DNA of 64,000 nt from Antedon mediterranea. Lineage: Eukaryota; Animalia; Echinodermata. A program made the translations under genes and the position numbers. The notes below the pieces were generated by a model. That model saw nothing but the letters and a program-made list of their open reading frames with translations. It searched no databases and was not told the origin of the DNA. The stretch spans positions 15,562,001-15,626,000 of the forward strand of contig NC_092672.1 in assembly GCF_964355755.1 (NCBI RefSeq). The letters are read 5' to 3'. Below, piece by piece: positions 21,971 through 35,520 of the stretch; the stretch's first letter is position 1, and each line of letters starts with the position of its first letter.

Positions 21971-24811
21971 AACAAAAGAGAAAGGGAAACACTGGAACAA
22001 AAACCTCCAATAATTTACTCCATAGTGCAATATCACAAACTAATAATCTTATAGGCGACCCTAGTGTCGTAACAATAATTGTTGACGGTCATATATGTAA
22101 TGCAATGTTAGATACAGGCTCGCAAGTTACATGTATCAGTGAAGACTTTTATAAAGATAAATTAAGGGATAAGCCTATATACCCATTAACCGATTTAATA
22201 GTAACTGGTGCTGGCGGTCAGAACGTACCTTATCTAGGTTATATAGAGGTCAATTTAACGTTTCCTAAAGTCCAGACGGGCTATACAAAACAATTCCCAA
22301 CATTAGCTTTAGTGTGCCCCAAATTAGGGAAGGGACTGTCTATGTTAATGGGCACCAACACCAGTATAGTTCGGGATCTGGCCACTGGCTGGACAAATAC
22401 TAAGAAAAAGGGAAGGAAAGTAGGCCCCATACACTCTGCTTGGGCTGAAGTGTATAAAGAGGATAAGGCTAAGAAAGATAAACTAGGCCCCGTTAAAATA
22501 TGTTCTCCTATGACAATACCTAGAGGAAAAATAGTAGAGGTAGAATGTGTTATAAAGAACACAGTACACCCTAACTTAGATGTGTTAATTGAAGCATCCC
22601 CGGATATCCCACTTCCTGGAGGGCTTTTAATCACACCCTTAATAGTCAAGTTAGAACATATGGGCCCAGTTAAACTTAGAGTTCCTTTGTCAAATTCTAG
22701 TAAAGAAATTAGGCTAAATAGAAACTTTAAGATTGCCACTGCTTTCATCCCCCAGTCTATAACGCATCACAGTCCGGAAGTTCACTGTAACTCAAGTACG
22801 GCCTCAAACAATTTTAATTTTGATAGCTCGCCAATTTCACATATAGATAAGGCAAAATTTATTAATTTACTTAATAATCATCCGAATGTTTTTTCAAAGA
22901 ATGATTTAGATATAGGGAGAACTTCGGCTGTAAAACATAAAATACACCTAACTAATGACACCCCATTCCGTCAACCTTGTAGGAGGATACCCCCATCTGA
23001 TTTCAATGATGCTAGGGACCACATTCAAGATTTATTAAGGAAGAATATCATTAGAGAGTCCGAAAGCCAGTATAGTTCTCCTATAGTATTAGTCAGGAAA
23101 AAGAAGACTAACGAAATTCGATTATGTATAGATTACAGACTTCTAAATTCTAGGACGGTTAGGGACCAATACAACGTCCCCAACATTGAAGATGCCCTTA
23201 CAACCTTACGTGGTGCCAAATGGTTCTCATGTCTTGACCTCAAATCAGGCTATTACCAAATTGAAATGGCTGAGGAGGATAAAGCAAAAACTGCATTTTG
23301 GTGCCCATTGGGATTCTATGAATTTAACCGAATGCCCCAAGGGATCACTAATGCCCCCGCCACCTTCCAGCGATTAATGGAGAAGTGCATGGGGGAGTTA
23401 ACATTTTCCGACGTTCTAGTTTATTTAGATGACTTACTAGTTTTTTCAACCACACTAGACGAACACCTAGCTAAGTTAGACAAAGTATTATCTAGGCTTG
23501 AAGAGTATGGCTTGAAACTAAATCCAGACAAGTGCAATTTTGCCCAAACTTCCATTAAGTGCTTGGGCCATGTCATTTCAGAGGATGGGGTAAGCACTGA
23601 CCCAGATAAGGTAGAGGCTGTCAAATCTTGGCCCCGCCCCTCAAATGTAAAAGAATTGAAATCATTTCTAGGTTTTGCTGGTTATTATCGACGATTTATA
23701 CAGCATTATAGCCATATTGCCAAACCATTAAACCAACTTATGACTAAGTATGACCCAATACGTAAACGAGGTAAAACGTTCAAAAAACCTAAATCCAATA
23801 CTCCCTCAGAAAGGCGCCCTAGTCCTAATACCCCATTTGGTACTAACTGGTCCGAATCATGTCAGGTGGCATTTGATGTACTAATAGATAAATTGTCTTC
23901 AGCCCCTATATTAGGATTCGCAGACTACAATTCACCATTTATTCTACATACCGACGCTAGCACAAGCGGGTTAGGTGCAGCCCTATATCAAGAGATAAAT
24001 GGGATAAAGAGGGTAATTGCCTATGCTAGTCGTGGGTTATCCAAAAGTGAAGCCAATTATCCTGCTCATAAATTAGAGTTTCTTGCCCTAAAATGGGCGG
24101 TGACTGAGAAATTTACTGACTATCTTTATGGTCAACGATTTGTAATTTACACCGATAATAACCCCTTAACGTACGTGTTGACGACAGCTAAGCTTGACGC
24201 TACAGGTCAAAGGTGGCTTGCCGCCCTGGTCAATTACAACTTTGATATTAAATACAAAGCAGGTAGAAACAATCAAGATGCAGACGGTCTTAGTCGTCGC
24301 CCACATGACCCCCCTTCCAATGACTTTGAATACGAACAATATCAAGAGAAAGCTGACGAAGTGTTAGGTAGAGTAAAATTTTCATCCTGTTCGTTCACAG
24401 CAGTCTGTAATGCTAAAATAGTTAAAAAGTCTACTATACCTAATGATACAACACCCTTAGTTGAGTCAGTTAGTGATTCTCCTGATGCAATCCCCGCCAT
24501 CTATGATAACCCTATTAGGCCTATAGATGGGCAGTCAACCTTGCCTAATGTTACTGCAGCGGAGTGGGTAGAGCATCAACAACAAGACCCTAATATAAAA
24601 CCTATTTTTAAATTTGTATATAACAAACGGAAACCTACACAAGATGAACTCACAAAATTACCCGAGGAAACTAGGCTACTCCTGAGACAGTTTGATAAAT
24701 TATTGGTAAAAGATAATATTCTATACCGCCAATTTGTAAATAATATCGGAGCTATGCAATTGCAATTAGTACTTTCAACCGCTTATAGAGATAAAGCATT
24801 TACTGGCTTAC
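21907..24811 (+). CDS. pol: Gypsy Pol: protease, RT, RNase H and start of integrase
   Basis: LDTGSQ, LCIDYR, YLDD, HTDAS, YTDNNPL, DADGLSR; continues in frame into the inserted LINE. Confidence 0.93.
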
Positions 24812-27738
24812 CTAAAAGTCGTAAGTTTTTCTCACGTCCGATCGCTTATTACAGTAACCATACGGCATGTTTTAGTATTGATATCTTGTCTGCTGGTGAT
24901 ATTGAAACAAATCCAGGTCCAATGAATTCCAGAATGAAAGATTTAAACGAAATCCACCGACCCAACAACATAAAAATCGCTATGTTCAACGCCCGAAGTA
25001 TTGCTAATAAAATCCAGGATCTTCAAGTACGGATAGAAAATAATGTTGATATAGTGTTGTTGACTGAAACATGGTTGGATCCAACGATTAAGAGTGCAGA
25101 GATTTTCCCGTTAGATTACTGTGTTCATAGAAACGACAGAAACAGACACGGTGGTGGTGTTCTGATAGCATGCAAACATTCTATTGATGTATTATCTGTG
25201 GACATTGACACTAATATTGAGGTTCAACTGGCTGAAATCCATGTATCTGGAGGAAGTATTCTGCTTGGCTGTGTTTATAGACCCCCGAGTTCATCAAGAG
25301 AATGGTTAACCAATTTTCAAGAACTCTCAGACAATATACTCTCCATCATGCACAAATATACTGCTGTGATCATCGCTGGTGATTTCAATTATGACTTTGG
25401 TTCGAACTCGAACTGTAATATTGAGTTTGAAAATATAATGTCATCTCTTAATCTTGTTCAACTTGTAAATTTTCCTACCAGATATGCAAATAATGGATCA
25501 CATTCTATGTTAGACCTTGTGTTCTGTAATAATAATGACATTATTCATAATGTCACAGGTGAACCTGGAATTAGTACAAGTGATCATATAGGTATCTTCT
25601 TTGACTTAGCTGGACGGTTGGTCTGTCCTAAACAAGTTCCTAGATATTTTTATCAATATAAAAAGGTTAATCATGATGATTTTTTCCAAACTCTTAATTC
25701 AGTCCCGTGGGATATCTGCTTTACACAGCTTAACTTAGATTCCACTTGGGCTTGTTTTAAAGACCTTTTTCTAGCCGCAATTGATGATTGCATACCCAAA
25801 GCTAAAAGCAAACCTCGCAGAAAATCAATCTGGATAACAACTGAAATTATTAAAATGTCTCGTAAAAAGAGACGCCTTTATCGAGATGCAAAGAAACATC
25901 CGAATAACATGTATAAGTGGGAAAAATACAGAAAATTTAGTAACGCATTGCGTGAAACTACGAGAAAGTCTCATTATGATTACCTCCATAATCTTAGTTT
26001 AGGCTGTAAATCTAATCCTAAACGATTTTGGTCATATGTTAAGAAAAAACGAAAATGTGCAACAGAAAGAAAGTATACTTTAAACGGCAATATCATAGAT
26101 TCAGATTTAAATGCTACTAAAGCATTTTCGAAATATTTTCATTCTAATTTTACTGAAGATAATGATGATTTCAATGTAACAAACGAAACATCTTATTGTA
26201 ATCACAGTGAAATTGTCTTACCTTTAACTAGTATTGTCATCAATAGGGATCAAATTTTCCGTGCCCTGTTATCTTTAGATACTAATAAATCCCCTGGGCC
26301 CGACGGGATTACCCCTATGATGTTGAGTATGGCTGCACCTGTTATATCCCCAATTTTGCTTAAAATTTTTCAAATGTCCCTTGACCAAGGCATTGTGGTG
26401 AAGGAATGGAAATTGGCCAATGTTGTACCAATTTTTAAATCTGGTAGTAGAAATGATATAAGTAATTATAGACCAATATCACTTTGTTCAGTTGTTGGCA
26501 AAGTTCTAGAACGTATTGTGGCTGATCATTTTTTATTTCATCTTCAATGTAATGCGTTTGTTAGTCCTGTACAGCACGGGTTCTATCCTGGAAGATCTTG
26601 TATTACACAAGCTTCATCCATATACCACGAATGGTCCAAAATATTAGATGGTACGAACCCACCAGTCGTCGATGCTATATTCCTTGATTGGGAAAAAGCA
26701 TTTGACCGTGTGAGTCACCCTAAACTATTACGTAAGCTCCACAATTTTGGTCTATGTGGTCCAATTTTGAAATGGATGGGCTCATTTCTTACTGATCGTT
26801 GCCAACAGATTGTCCTTAATGGACTGATATCTGACCGTACACAAGTTGTTTCAGGTGTACCTCAAGGGTCGGTACTTGGCCCATTACTTTTCAACTCGTT
26901 CGTTTTTGACCTCCCTATGTCGATCACCTCTCAAATTAGACAATATGCCGACGATACGGTGGTGTTCAGGCCAATTAGATGTGAATATGATGCGATATTA
27001 CTTCAAAAAGATCTAGATAACATCGATGAATGGTGTCAAAATAACATGATGAGACTTAATGCTAAAAAATGCAAAGTTCTCCATATTACTCGCAAACGTA
27101 ATCCCATTCATGCTCGTTATCACATTCACACTAATGACCTTCAAGCAGTTACCTCCTACAAATATCTTGGTATTCACTTTGAAAGCAATCTCTCTTGGTC
27201 AACGCATGTGTCCGCAATTACCACAAAATCTCTCCAAATTGTCGGATTCATAAAGCGTTTTGTGATATTTAACGACCCTGTAATTTTGATGAGGCTTTTT
27301 AACGGTTTATGTAGGCCCATACTTGAGTATGCTGCCCCTGTTTGGGTGCCTCATCAAAAACAACATATTACTAGCATAAATAAACCTCTTCGAAGGATCA
27401 CAAAATTGTGTGCTAAGGGCGATTACGAGCAACGGCTCGAACATTTAAATTTGCCATCTATGGACCAGAGAGTGTGTTTTCTCAGTATACTTTTTATTAT
27501 GAAATGTATGTATGGTCGAATTGATCTTAATATTCACGATTTTGTTGATTTTAATCCAAGGTATTCCGAATCAGTTATTTTTAAACACAAATATGCCAGA
27601 ACCAATTCTTTTAAATATTCATTGTACACTAATTTTCCCCGTGTATGGCAAGAGATTCCTAATTATATTAGAGAACATTCTTTATTTAGTTTTAACACAT
27701 TTGTGACAGCTCTCCGGTCTTATGTCAGGCAACTTTAA
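24812..27738 (+). CDS. LINE ORF2: 2A-like peptide, AP endonuclease and RT
   Basis: GDIETNPGP; LTETWL, GDFN, SDH; GVPQGSVLGPLLF, YADD, YKYLG; no stop codon. Confidence 0.9.
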
Positions 27739-28026
27739 ACTTTTTATTTTTTTTATCTTTAAACAATCATTTTTATCTGTACATAATATTTATATATATA
27801 TATTTTTTAGATTCAATTTTAATGATTGTTCAACTTGACGCCTCGCAATTTTAAATTTTTATATCTTTGTCTTTTTATGGTTTACTTATTTGTTCAAGTG
27901 CAGTATATGGAGAGCCATCTCGATAGTGCTTTGCACTCATGGCAATCCTCAGGGTGCTGCACCGCTGTCTTGTTGTCATGTTTTTTTGTGCCTGAAAATT
28001 GAATAAAATAAAATAAAAAAATAAAA
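24812..28026 (+). mobile_element. 5'-truncated CR1/L2-group LINE with intact ORF2, inserted in Gypsy pol
   Basis: Removing it restores ..KAFTGL-HDDIGH..; TAC duplicated at 24809-24811 and 28027-28029; (AAATA)n tail. Confidence 0.9.
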
Positions 28027-28028
28027 TA

Positions 28029-29674
28029 CATGATGACATTGGTCACCCTGGGATGGAACGGACCTTGGATCTTGCCCGATCCAGATTTTATTGGCCTCGT
28101 ATGTCCTCCCAAATTGAAGATAAATGTAGGTGTTGTGAACGATGTGTCCGAAGAAAGGCCCGTGCTACCAAAGCAGCCCCCCTAGTTAGTGTCAGAACCA
28201 CCATGCCTATGGAATTAATGTGTATTGACTTTCTGTCTATAGAACCTGATTCTAAGGATACTAGAAATGTATTAGTTGTGACTGACCATTTCACTAGATA
28301 TGCTATTGCTATCCCAACTAAGGACCAAAAAGCCCCCACAGTAGCAAAAGCTCTGTGGAATAATGTCTTTCAACATTATGGCTTTCCAAAACAATTACAT
28401 TCAGATCAAGGCAGAGATTTCGAATCAAAAGTTATCCAAGATTTATGTAAATATTTAGGAGTAAGAAAATCTCGTACAACCCCATACCATCCCCAGGGTA
28501 ATGGTCAGGTAGAACGGTTTAACCAAACCCTGCTTAAAATGCTAGGCACTCTAGAAAACCAAAAGAAAGAACATTGGCGAGACCATGTTGCACCCTTAGT
28601 GCATGCATACAATTGTACTAAGAATGATGCTACGGGAATGTCCCCATATTATTTAATGTTTGGTAGAGAAGCCCGCCTCCCAATTGACATCCAACTACTG
28701 TAGGTATTGACCCAAATCAAAATGGTTCACTTTCTCCAAGGGGATATGCCGACAAATTACGACATCGCCTAGAAACAGCACACAAATTAGCCCAGGAAAT
28801 GGCAACCAAGAAAGCTAATGCCAATAAAGCCCGATATGATAGTAAAGTGCGTGAATGCACTATTTGCAAGGGTGATAGGGTACTAGTAAAAAATGTGCGC
28901 TTAAGGGGTAAACATAAACTTGCTGATAGGTGGGAAGAAACTATTTATGTGGTTTTGGAACAAATAGGGGACAACCCTGTGTACAAGATAGAACCTGAAG
29001 ATAGTGATGGCCCTACTAGAACATTGCATAGAAATATGCTACTCCCATGTAGGTTTGCTACAGCAAAGGAAACTCCCCCTAAAAGTGGTACTAAAGAAAA
29101 ACAAAGACAGAGAAAGCCTGTCACTCGACAAGGGCACAAAACGCCTAAGTCAACTGTCCCACAGCCAGAACTATCTGGACATGAAACAAGTGATAGTGAT
29201 TTAGATTATTACATTCCAAATTCAGTTCGCACACTTCAACAACCAACAGATCCATCTATACCTCCTAATCTGGGTAATGACCAAAACGTGGCTCAAACTA
29301 TTATAGAAACCCCAATTGTTAACGAAATAGAACCTCAGATCAATGAGGAAGATGTAATAGTTAACCATGATATTAATGATATCGAAGATGCTGTTATTCA
29401 TAATTTAGACAACAATGATAATGTTAATATTGATAATGCTAATAATGAGCCTGATATTCAACCTGATGTCCACGAACCACAGGCTAATACAGATGATACC
29501 TTACGTCCTAAACGACTAAGAACACAGCCAGAAAGGTTAGGTTATTTTGCTCCTGGCCAACAAGTTACATCAACTTCTAATATGGTGGTCCAAGTCATTG
29601 GGATGCAAAACCAAATGTTTGCTGATATGATGCAATCTCAATTATCACTTTTAAGAGGCTCTAAGCCGAATTAA
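28029..29674 (+). pseudogene. Gypsy integrase (HHCC, DDE core, C-terminal tail), cut off from pol and frameshifted
   Basis: HDDIGH..CERC, CIDF, HSDQG, QVERFN; a 5-bp insertion at 28698-28702 breaks the frame. Confidence 0.9.
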
Positions 29675-29900
29675 TTTTATAATGTTATTTTTACTATATG
29701 TTTATATATACACGCCAATTTTGATTCCTTTTCAATGTAATATTTTTTTTCACTGTCTATTTTTATGTGTTAAGACAGGTGAATTACGATCAAAAAACTA
29801 AATGGTGACGTAGTTAAGCACTATTTTTAATGTAAATGTTGGTTACCATTGAGTTTGTTGAGCGTCGTCCGGGGACGGACGAGTATTTTGGCAGGGTGAG

Positions 29901-31215
29901 TGTAACCCAGGCTACAAAAGTAGGCCAGTCTAAGAAGATGAAGGGTAACCCAGGCCACAAAAGTGTGCCAGTCTAAGAAGATGAAGGGTAACCCAGGCCA
30001 CAAAAGTGTGCCAGTCCAAGGAAATTGCAACACTTACACATTCCTACTTCCTTACAAACAAAGAAAGTACTGACCAACATACTTTAAGTATGAGCTAATT
30101 ATTTTAAGGATAAACTATTAGCTGATCAAACTCCAAATAAGGAAATAGGGCCACCATCATCTACCATTAGATAATGGTCCAGGAATGTATTTCGGAACAA
30201 CAGGGTGGGGCCAAGATATATAAAAAAGACTGCAGAGTTGGGAAAAGTCACAACTCAACTCTAAATCTATTGAGAGCAGTCAGGTCCTCCCTGATACTTT
30301 TTGTACGTTCTGAAAGAAGTTGTATTTACACTTATTCCTTGCTCAACAAATTCAGGTAAGATAACCAACATAAACTTATTATTTTGTAGCGTAAGTAACA
30401 TAGCTAAATCCTTTAGTTGTACTTGTTAACTACATATAGGATACTACTTTTATGTTTATCATTGCCTGTTGTTAAATCCAGCAATGAATTTCTTATCTTA
30501 GATACAACTTGATATATTGTAAATATACTATATGTTTGACCACCTTATATCGTATTGATTGTATGTTTATATGTAAGTTAGAGTGTAGTAATAAGACCCT
30601 GTCATTATATACTCACTAGGCTATGATTTATTAGCTAATCCTAAATTATCCTTGAATGAAGCCTGTATAGAGAATTCTGTAGTTATAGGAATTAAATACA
30701 AAAAGGCTACCGTAAATCACAACTCAACTCTAAATCTATTGAGAGCAGTCAGGTCCTCCCTGATACTTTTTGTACGTTCTGAAAGAAGTTGTATTTACAC
30801 TTATTCCTTGCTCAACAAATTCAGGTTGAGGGAAGATTGCCCAAGTTGGATTCTGTGTGTAAAGTCCACAGCCAGACGAGGGAATCGGTGGAGTGTATAA
30901 GCATCAAACTTCGAACGGGTTTACCACACCAAAAAGGGGACAAGCTCGACCACTGCCAGTTGTCAACAAACTTAAGTTTGACTTGTTATCTAAATCTTTA
31001 AGCATACTTAATTGTGTGCCATTTCAATTATAAGTCGCATATTGTATAATTTGTATTATGATTTAGAATAATAACACATCTACTATAAGCCAACTATTTT
31101 GTACTCTTTTATTTATTATCTATGTGTGTCTAGTGCCGCTGCCCCAATCAACTCGAACCCCGCTCACCTCAACCCTAAGTCGATAATCTTTTGTGTTGTG
31201 TGTAGAGCGGTTACA
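29901..31215 (+). repeat. 3' LTR (1315 bp), preceded by PPT GGCAGGGTGAG
   Basis: Matches the 5' LTR; duplicated 108-bp block at 30248-30355 and 30717-30824. Confidence 0.95.
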
Positions 31216-33155
31216 ACAGTATTTCGTAAACCTAACTATTTCAGATTTGAAATTTGTATCGTCATCCTCTTTTATTAAACCTATCATAGCAGAATCATCT
31301 GCAAATTTAATTACTGGACAGTCCGGGAACCTAGGTTGGAAATCCGATGTATACAATGTGAACAAAAACGGTGCAAGTACAGTACCTTGTGGTGCTCCCG
31401 TATTTGTCCGAATAATGTCGTCCGATCTGACATTTTGATTTAGCCTAACAAACTGGAGACGTCCAACGAGGAAGTTAAAAACGAACGAAATTAGTAAATT
31501 GGGGATATTCATGCCGAACAACTTATTAATTAAAATGTGTGGTTGGATGGTATTAAAAGCTGAACTAAAGTCGAAGTACATAATCCTAACAGACGGGGAT
31601 GTTCTCCAATTGTCAAGATGGGCATACATTTTTTCATTTTTGTATATTAATGCGTCTTCAGTGTTCCTGTTTCTCCGATAAGCGAACTGATGTGGGTCCA
31701 AAAAATCTGCAACTAATGGTTTCAGGCTTTTTAGAACAATCTTTTCACAGACTTTTATTGGGACGGATGTTAGCGCAACAGGTCTAAGATCGTTAAAACA
31801 CTGTATATTTTGTCGTTTAGGGATTGGGATGATGCATGACGTTTTCCAGGATTCCGGCAAGGTTTGTGTTTCAAAAATCAAGTTAAAAATATATACAAAA
31901 ATATCTGCCAATTGGGTTGCGCATAATTTAAGAACTTTGGGTAGAATTTGGTCTGGTCCAGCTGATTTGGATGCTTTCAGACCTTTAAAGTGGCTGGTAA
32001 CTTCATCCGCATTTGTCTTAAGGTCAAAACCACTTTCATCTGGTAAGGCCAACCTACTTTTGATTAAGATCTGTTCATCAGAAAAATTATAGCGATCAAA
32101 CCTATTAAAAAAAGTATTTAATTCATTAGCATATTGATTAGTCAAATTTGACACAATTCCACTTCCTTGTGGCGATTTTGCATATCCGCTCATTTGCCTC
32201 ATTGCCCTCCAAACCTTACTCATATCATTACCTACAAAATTTTCTTCTATTTCACGTTTGTACTTTAGTTTACTTTTACGTATTACTCGTTTAAGTTCCT
32301 TTTGGATTTTATTTAGTTCAATTACATCACCTCGATCGAAGGCCTGTCTCTTTTTCTTAATAACATCTGTCACCTCCCTATTTATCCATGGTTTACGGTT
32401 TCCGTAGATTTTAACTTTCCTTTTTGGTATTACATTTTCAGTACAAAAGTTAATATATGCACTGACCGCTTCCGTTACCTCGTCTGACCCGTTTGAATTT
32501 TCCGTAAAAACACTCCAGTCCGTAGTTTCAAATTCGCATTTCAGCTGTTCTATTGCATCTTGAGTCCACTTCTTAACAGTAATTACCCTGGGTTTCTGCC
32601 GTTGTACTAATGGACGATACTTGGGTTGTAGTATAATTAAATTATGGTCAGATTTACCAAGTTTCGGCAATTTTCTTGCTAAATATGCGTGTTTTACGTT
32701 TGAATAACATACGTCAAGGGTAACAGATTCCCGCGTGCTGCACTTCACATGTTGGTAATAGTAAACGCTACTCTTTTTTAGGGTACAATGATTAAAGTCT
32801 CCATTTATTACAATATATGCGTCAGGGGAAGCCGTTTCAATTTCCGCTATAACTACGGTTAGTTCTCTTTGTGCTTCCTTGGCCAGATTTTTGTTTGGTA
32901 TGTATACAACCACTAACACAACATGTGAAAATTCCCTCGGTATGTAGAACGGACGTATTGAGAGTACCATTATTTCAACGTTAGGCGAGCAGCTGTTTTT
33001 CTTTAGATGCACATTATTTGGGTGACAATACCTTTCGCTTATATATGCCATAACACCGCCTCCTCTATTTTTTCCGGATTTAACCGTTCTATCACCTCTG
33101 AATAATGTAAACCCATCAATCCTAAAATGTTCGTCACTTTTCTCTTCACTTAACC
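31216..33155 (-). pseudogene. N-terminal/central part of the Rex1-like ORF (APE-RT)
   Basis: TWL, GGGV, GDFN, SDH and RT motifs up to FADD; the 686-aa ORF runs artefactually into the LTR. Confidence 0.88.
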
Positions 33156-35520
33156 AAGTACTTTTATGAAGAAGAATCACATAAAAAGTAACAAATAAAT
33201 CCTTAAATTGATGATTTTACAGACATGTTTCTCGCATACCGTTCGCGAATTTAGCATACTCGAAGTTCAATATTTTCGTTTCTATGGAGCGCCAGAAGAG
33301 CAACAACAACAGATGGTTAAAAACTCAGTGGAATGCGTCTTCTTTTAATGCATTTATTATTGAAATGTAACATTTTACTGCTAATAATTTGCTGTTTTCA
33401 AATAGCAACCAACCCTAGGCCTAAGAGTAAGACTAAGACTAAGAAGAATATTATTTAGATCAGGTATACCTCTACAGTACATGTAATATGATGATGAATT
33501 TGTCGATTTTCATTCCTAAAAGTTCCTGCAAAAACCATGTACAGTATGAACAGTAATATTTTTGTTGCATTGACATTGACAAAATATGATAAAATTGAAC
33601 GTAATTTTCACCAATAAATGCATTAAATATACACAATTTACTGAGTGTTTAGCCCTCTATTATGATTGCTCTTTTGGCACTCCATATAAACAACAACATT
33701 GAACATGGAGTATGCGAAATTCACGAACCGATGTGTGAGAAACATGTCTGTAAATTCATCAATTTAAAGGATTTATTTTTTACTTTTTGTGTGATCTCCT
33801 TCGTAAAAGTATTTTTGAGGCCTAATTCTAGGGTGTGGTACTCATGATAAAGTTACTTAACCAATTAACCAGTGCGAAACGGAACTAGCGCCAAATGAAT
33901 TGCCTATTTTCATCTAAAAAATAAACGCATTTGGTCCCCGGGGCACAAACGATTCGTACAAAGGACACCATACAACTGCGTAGGCCTACCTATTGTTTAG
34001 ATTGCTGGCAGTCAGCAAGCATAAATAAAAGTGTATATACGTCAAAAATGGAACGCCGTGGTTACCTACAGATCATCATCATAGAGGATATTTTAATAAT
34101 AATATAGTACACTGTGTACTGTAGTATACATTATAGCAACCGGTTTTTTTTCTAGGCCACCCACCCAACTGTATCACTATTTATATTTATATAAAAAAAT
34201 AATTAATTAATAATTGATGTAAATAAATATTGAGCTATAATAAGCATTAAATTTTGCGCTTTTTTCGGGGTTTCCCCTAGATGTACGTTCGCATTGAACC
34301 TAAACGCAATGCAATCAAAACTAAATACTGGGTGAATGAAATCGGCAATCGTCCAGTAATTAGTCACATGTTTATTGGAGGGAAAAAATATGATCGTTTT
34401 GCTCATTGGTGTAGCATGCTGCATATGACAGTGTCTTTTCGTGCAAATTAGAGGTGCCATTTATCATGAATTTTATGTGCGAGTGTACCATTTCTGGCCA
34501 TCTGGGGCGTCATTAACAAAGTTTGTTTCGCCACAGGTCCTGTCGACGGCCCTGGACAAGCACCTTTTTCGGCCATGTACGTGCAAACTCTGACTTGCGC
34601 GAAACTCTCTGTTGTGATGCCTATGGGGAAAATGTCACTCTTTAATAGTTTTCATATTTAAAATATCAATTTTTAAAACATTTATTTAACGTGAGAGTGC
34701 CATTTCCGACCATCTAGAGGTGTTATATTTTCAAAATAGCCAAAACTTAGCCCCAACCATGGTGGAGCTGAGTTTGTGTGGACTCTCTACAGCTGAGAGC
34801 CCCCCCCCCCCCTCCCCTTTCACAAAATCCTGGATCCGCCCCTGACAATATATCACTAAAACAGTAAAACATTTGCGATTTAATACTTTGGTAAAACTGT
34901 CAATGTCATAGTCGATTGAAATAGTAAAGTACATGTAACGATACACCACTACGACGTTTATATTTGTTATAGTTATTAATTAATACAAACGTTGAGAAGC
35001 AACTATCACTAATAAAGTTTATTTATATATTATGTGTTTATATATCTAACAGACCCACAGTAAGAAATTTTCGATTGAAATGGCGAACAAAAATGGTTAA
35101 TACTTATTTACAGTACTAGAGGGTGAGCTCACTTCACTCTCTCCCCCTTTAGGATGTGTAGACGATGGTTCTCGGAATGATAATGAATGAAAAGGTTTTA
35201 GAAGGACGTACTCTCCTTGTACGTTTTCTGTCGGTAGGCCTATACCATTATTGAAAATGCTTGACATTCGTAAAACTAAACCTATTCTGTTTCACAGTGT
35301 CTTAGATGATTAATAACATTTTAAAGTATAATGTTTTTTGTTTGGTAGGTGTAGTATTGTGATAAACCATAATTATAGTAAACCCTAGAGGGCAGTAGAT
35401 ATAGAGGACGGGATACATACAATGGACATGGAGACAGAATAAGAATAAAGACAACTAATGTTGTTTAGTGTTTATTAATGGTTCTTGTATTAACGTCAGC
35501 ATACAGAACACAACATTACA

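Larger units (their letters stand above)
19058..31215 (+). mobile_element. Gypsy/Ty3 LTR retrotransposon with PNMA-like gag; full length, young, integrase disrupted
   Basis: TG..CA LTRs, 4-bp TSD ACAG (19054-19057, 31216-31219), PBS, PPT, gag and PR-RT-RH-IN order. Confidence 0.95.
18142..33155 (-). mobile_element. 5'-truncated Rex1/Babar-like LINE, split by the Gypsy element
   Basis: TSD AAGTAC (18136-18141, 33156-33161); (TATCTG)n tail; APE and RT motifs LRPVALTS, DFSSAFNTIQP, GAPQGTVLAPFLF, KFADD. Confidence 0.85.
18034..33892. mobile_element. MULE/Merlin-like MITE split by a 15-kb nested insertion
   Basis: TIR GGCGCTAGTTCCGTTTCGCAC at 18034 and its complement ending at 33892; 8-bp TSD AAATGAAT; related uninterrupted copies at ~47650-48330 and ~55763-56090. 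Confidence 0.85.

Noticed and set aside
22105-27738. A single native gene with two RT domains
   Set aside because: The tail, the TAC duplication and the restored integrase frame show a secondary LINE insertion.
28799-29674. Separate env-like third ORF
   Set aside because: It is the integrase C-terminus displaced by a 5-bp insertion; no signal peptide or transmembrane segment.
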